From Candidatus Spongiisociaceae bacterium (GTDB taxonomy: Bacteria > Actinomycetota > Acidimicrobiia > Spongiisociales > Spongiisociaceae): 64,000 nt of DNA. How positions within the stretch are numbered: the stretch's first letter is position 1; every line of letters starts with the position of its first letter. Shown in pieces: positions 59,301-64,000 of the stretch. The translations under genes and the position numbers were made by a program. The stretch spans positions 128,001 to 192,000 of the forward strand of contig CBDCOH010000002.1 in NCBI GenBank assembly GCA_965219685.1. The letters run 5' to 3'. A model generated the notes under the pieces. It saw only the letters and a list, made by a program, of their open reading frames with translations, was not told the origin of the DNA and searched no databases.

Positions 59301-62300
59301 AGTATCACTCTTGAGGACGACGACGAGGCAGAGCTGTCGATCAGCGGACCGTCCGGCAACGTGGCTGAAGGTTCCAACGCCGGCTTCACGGTGACTCTGT
59401 CGGCGACGGTGGCGAAACAGGTGGAGGTGGCGTGGTCGGCCACCCTAGGAACCGCAGAGGCGGCTGACTTCTCGCCTGCTTCGGGTTCGGTCACGTTCCC
59501 GGCGGGGTCGGCCGCTGACGCTACCCGCACCTTCAGTGCGGCTGTTACCGAAGACAAACTCTCCGAGGGGACGGAGACGTTCACCGTGACGTTGGGGACG
59601 ATCACATCTGATGTCTCCTCGCGCGTGTCGGTGAAGTCGGGTTCGGGGTCGGTGACCACGACGATCGCGGAGTCGGATCCGATAACGATCTCGCTTTCTG
59701 GTCCCAGCAGCGTGGCGGAGGGTGATACGACCACCAACTACACGGTGTCGTTGTCGCCGTCGGATGTGACCCCGACTGCTGATCTGACGGTTGACTATGC
59801 GACGGCGGCCGGCACGGCCACGGCCGGGGATGACTACACGACCAAGTCGGGCAAGTTGACGTTCACGGCTTCTGACACGGCTGACAAGACGATCACCGTG
59901 GCCACTGTCGAGGACACCCTCGACGAGGCGGGTGAGACGTTCACGTTGGCGATCTCGAATCCGCAGGGTGGTGGCGGTCCTGCGGCGTCGCTGAAGAGTA
60001 CCGCCAAGTCGGTCACGACCACGATTGGTGATGACGATGCCACTCCGTCGAGTATTACTTTGTCGGTCGATCCGGACAGTTTGGGTGAGGGTGACTCGGC
60101 CACGGATGTGACGGTGACCGCCACGTTGGACGGTTCGTCGACGCTCGCGACGGCGACGACGGTCACCATCAGCCTGGGCGGGACCGCCGGTTCTTCGGAC
60201 TATGGGGTGTCGTCGTTGGCGAGCGTGTCGATCCCTGCCGGCCAAGCGTCGGGTTCGGGGACGTTGAGGGTGACGCCGACCGATGATGCGGTGGTGGAGG
60301 GTGATGAGACGATCACGGTCAGTGGTTCGGCCACCGGGTTGACTGTCAGTGGGGCGACGATCACGCTGGAGGATGATGACACGGCGGAGTTGTCGATTAG
60401 CGGGCCGTCGTCGAATGTGGCTGAGGGGACCAAAGCGTCCCATACGGTGACTCTGTCCAAGGCGGTAGCCAAGCAGGTGAAGGTGGCGTGGTCGGTCACC
60501 CTGGGCACCGCAGAGGCCGCTGACTTCTCGCCTGCTTCGGGAACGGTGACGTTCTCGGCGGGGTCGGCCGCCGGGGCCACCAAGAGTTTCGATGTGGCAG
60601 TCGCCGATGATGATCTGTCCGAGGGGACGGAGACGTTTACGGTGGCGTTGGGGACGATTACGTCTGATGTCTCGTCGGAGGTGTCGGTGAAGTCGGGTTC
60701 GGGTTCGGTGACGACGACGATCGCGGAGTCGGATCCGATCACGATCTCGCTTTCTGGTCCCAGCAGCGTGGCGGAGGGTGATACGACCACCAACTACACG
60801 GTGTCTTTGTCGCCGTCGGATGTGATTCCAACCGCTGATCTGACGGTCGACTATGCGACGGCGGCCGGCACGGCCACCGCGGGCGATGACTACACGACCA
60901 AGTCGGGCACGTTGACGTTCACGGCTTCTGATACGGCTGACAAGACGATCACCGTGGCCACGGTTGAGGACTCTTTGGATGAGTCGGGTGAGACGTTCAC
61001 GTTGGTGATCTCGGATCCGAAGGGTGGTGGGGGTCCTGCGGCGTCGTTGAGTAGTACGGCCAAGTCGGTGACCACCACGATTGGTGATGACGACGCCACT
61101 CCGTCGAGTATTACTTTGTCGGTCGATCCGGACAGTTTGGGTGAGGGTGACTCTGCCACCGGGGTGGCGGTGAAGGCCACGTTGGACGGGGGTAGCACGC
61201 TCACGTCGGCGACGTCGGTGACTGTCAGCTTGGGTGGGACAGCCGGTTCTTCGGATTACGGGGTGTCGTCGTTGGCGAGTGTGTCGATCCCGGCCGGTGA
61301 GGCGTCGGGTTCGGGGACGTTGACCGCGACACCGACTGATGATGCGGTGGTGGAGGGTGATGAGACGATCGTGGTGGATGGTTCGGTCACCGGGCTCACG
61401 GTTTCGGACGCCACTATCACGCTGGAGGATGATGACACGGCGGAGTTGTCGATCAGCGGACCGTCGGCGAATGTGGCTGAGGGGACCAAGGCGTCCTATA
61501 CGGTGACGCTGTCCGGGGCGGTGGCCAAGCAGGTGAAGGTGGCGTGGTCGGCCACCCTGGGAACCGCGGAGGCGGCTGATTTCTCGCCCGCTTCGGGTTC
61601 GGTGACGTTCGCGGCGGGTTCGGCCGCCGGCGCCACTCAGAGTTTCGATGTGGCAGTCGCCGATGATGATCTCTCCGAGGGCACTGAGACGTTCACTGTA
61701 AAGCTGGGGACGATCACCTCTGATATCTCCTCAGCCCTATCGGTGAAGTCAGGATCGGGTTCGGCCACGACGACGATCGCGGCGTCGGACCCGATCACTG
61801 TCAGTCTGTCGGGACCGTCCACGGTGACCGAGGGTGACACCACCACCAGTTATACGGTGTCGTTGTCGCCGTCGGGTGTGGCCCCCACCGCCGACCTGAC
61901 GGTTGATTATGGGACTTCGGATGGGTCGGCGGCTGCGGGGGACGATTACACCTCCAAGTCGGGCACGTTGAAGTTCACTGCTTCTGATACGGCGGGCAAG
62001 ACGGTGACCGTGTCGACGGTTGAGGACACCCTCGACGAGTCGGGTGAGACGTTTACGCTGGTGATCTCGGATCCGAAGGGTGGTGGGGGTCCTGCGGCGT
62101 CGCTGAAGAGTACGGCCAAGTCGGTGACCACCACCATCGCAGACGATGACGGCACCCCGTCGAGTATTACTTTGTCGGTCGATCCCGACAGTCTGGATGA
62201 GGATGATTCGGCTACCGGGGTGACGGTGACCGCCACGTTGGACGGTGATAGCACGCTAACGTCGGCGACGAGGGTGACTATCAGCCTGGGTGGGACTGCC

Positions 62301-64000
62301 GGTTCTTCGGATTATGGGGTGTCGTCGTTGGCGAGCGTCACGATCCCCGCCGGTGAGGCGTCGGGTTCGGGGACGCTGACAGTCACGCCGACCGATGATG
62401 CGGTGGTGGAGGGAGACGAGACGATCGTGGTGTCGGGTTCGGTCAGCGGGTTCACGGTGACCGGGGCGACTATCACTCTTGAGGATGACGACACGGCTGA
62501 GTTGTCGATCAGCGGACCCTCGTCGAATGTGGCCGAGGGGAGCGACGCGTCCTATACGGTCACTCTGTCCAAGGCGGTAGCCAAGCAGGTGAAGGTAGCT
62601 TGGTCGGCCACCCTAGGAACCGCAGAGGCGGCTGACTTCTCGCCTGCTTCAGGAACGGCGACGTTCGCGGCGGGTTCGGCCGCCGGGGCTACCCAGAGTT
62701 TCGATGTGGCAGTCGCCGATGATGATCTGTCCGAGGGGACGGAGACGTTCACCGTGACGTTGGGGACGATCACCTCCGATATCTCGTCAGAAGTTTCGGT
62801 GAAGTCAGGATCAGGGTCGGTGACCACCACGATCGCGGAGTCGGATCCGATCACGATCTCGCTGTCAGGTCCCAGCAGCGTGACGGAGGGTGACACGACT
62901 ACCAACTACACGGTCTCGCTATCGCCGTCGGATGTGACCCCCACCGCTGACCTGACCGTCGACTACGCGACGGCGGCCGGCACGGCCACTGCGGGCGACG
63001 ACTACACCAGCAAGTCGGGCACGCTGACGTTCACTGCTTCTGATACGGCTGACAAGACGTTCACCGTGGCGACTCTCGAGGACACTATGGATGAGGCGGG
63101 GGAGACGTTCACGTTGGCGATCTCTAATCCGGAGGGTGGTGGTGGCCCCGCGGCGTCCCTGAAGAGCACGGCCAAGTCGGTGACCACCACCATCGACGAC
63201 GACGACGATACGCCGGAGAGTGTGACGTTGACCGTCGCTCCGAATTCGATCAGCGAGCAGGATTCGGCTACCGAAGTGTCGGTGGCTGCGGACTTGAATG
63301 GGGACAGCACGCTCACCTCGGACACGGTTGTGACCATCTCTTTGGGCGGTACGGCGGGTTCATCGGATTACACGGTGACGTCGGCGTTGACCAACGTGAC
63401 GATCTCCGCCGGGGACACCTCTGGCTCGGGGACGCTGACGATCACCCCAACTAAGGACGCCAAAGTGGAAGGCGACGAGACCATCACGGTGGGTGGCTCG
63501 GCCGCAGGGTTGACTGTCAGCGGGGCGACCATCACCCTGCGCGATCACGATTCCAAGCGCAAGCAGTCGACAGCGGAGCTGAGCATTTCGGGACCCTCGG
63601 CGAATGTGGTCGAGGGTTCCAATGCCGGGTTTACGGTGACTCTGTCGGCGTCCGTGGCAAAGCAGGTCAAGGTGGCATGGTCGGCCACCCTAGGCACCGC
63701 GGAGGCGGCTGATTTCTCGCCTGCTTCAGGAACGGTCACGTTCGCGGCCGATTCCGCGGCCGGCGCCACCCAGAGTTTCAATGTGGCTATAGCCGACGAT
63801 GATCTCTCCGAGGGGACGGAGACGTTCACCGTGACATTGGGGACGATCACGTCTGACCTCTCTTCGCAGGTGTCGGTGAAGTCAGGATCAGGGTCGGCGA
63901 CGACCACGATCGCGGCGTCGGATCCGATCACCATCTCCCTTACCGGGCCGTCCGATGTGGACGAGGGCGACACCACTACCAGCTACACGGTGTCGTTGTC
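44328..64000 (+). pseudogene. Giant surface protein C-terminal continuation (Calx-beta repeats), open frame running off the window
   Basis: After the IS the frame reads LATTAVVFTAPIVDDRLSEKAEKFRVTL, completing the interrupted Calx-beta domain. The same frame still reads DEGDTTTSYTVSL at 63960-63998. No ORF is listed in this frame, consistent with no stop before the edge. Confidence 0.88.
47380..64000 (+). repeat. About 16 tandem ~1056-bp repeats (352 aa, three Calx-beta-like domains each)
   Basis: The marker TAYACGGTSTCG.TRTCGCCGTCGG recurs near 48126, 49179, 50235, 51291, 52347, 53403, 54459, 55515, 56571, 57627, 58683, 59739, 60795, 61851, 62907 and 63984. Confidence 0.93.

Noticed and set aside
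44312-63976. Dozens of short repeated minus-strand ORFs (MSPSVT..., MVVSPS...)
   Set aside because: Antisense shadows of the plus-strand Calx-beta frame.
47380-64000. Possible CRISPR array or DGR template/variable repeats
   Set aside because: Units are about 1056-bp in-frame coding repeats with no spacers, cas genes or reverse transcriptase, and the differences are not adenine-specific.
44772-64000. Independent gene starting at in-frame ATG 44772 after the IS
   Set aside because: Mid-domain, with no RBS or signal peptide; the frame is a direct continuation of the upstream gene.

Overview
High-GC window. The gene content (Calx-beta/cadherin/FN3 giant protein, PPC lipoprotein) suggests an actinobacterial, probably Acidimicrobiia-like, host- or sponge-associated genome; this is an inference. 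From left to right: (1) A decayed defence island at 1-3830, with an OLD/AAA ATPase remnant and a type II R-M pair. The PaeR7I/XhoI-like nuclease has a stop at codon 5, and the beta-class methyltransferase is split by an IS110 element. The IS110 left end reads as a complete bridge RNA: three stem-loops, guides matching its own circle junction and this insertion site, and a promoter formed only on circularisation. (2) A catabolic cluster of hydantoinase/oxoprolinase A and B, an amidohydrolase and a divergent flavin amine oxidase. (3) A 1050-bp toxin-antitoxin cassette bracketed by 74-bp direct repeats of the oxidase 3' end, next to an AbiEii-like remnant. (4) Lipoproteins, an amidohydrolase and heme A/O synthases. 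(5) A GAF-PAS-kinase-receiver-winged-helix fusion with a non-canonical receiver, then a MarR regulator. (6) From 23705 to beyond the window edge, one giant secreted surface-protein gene of at least 13,151 codons when reconstructed. It is cut by an IS5-family element at a CTAG and ends in about 16 mosaic ~1056-bp tandem Calx-beta repeats. No rRNA, tRNA or CRISPR array was seen.
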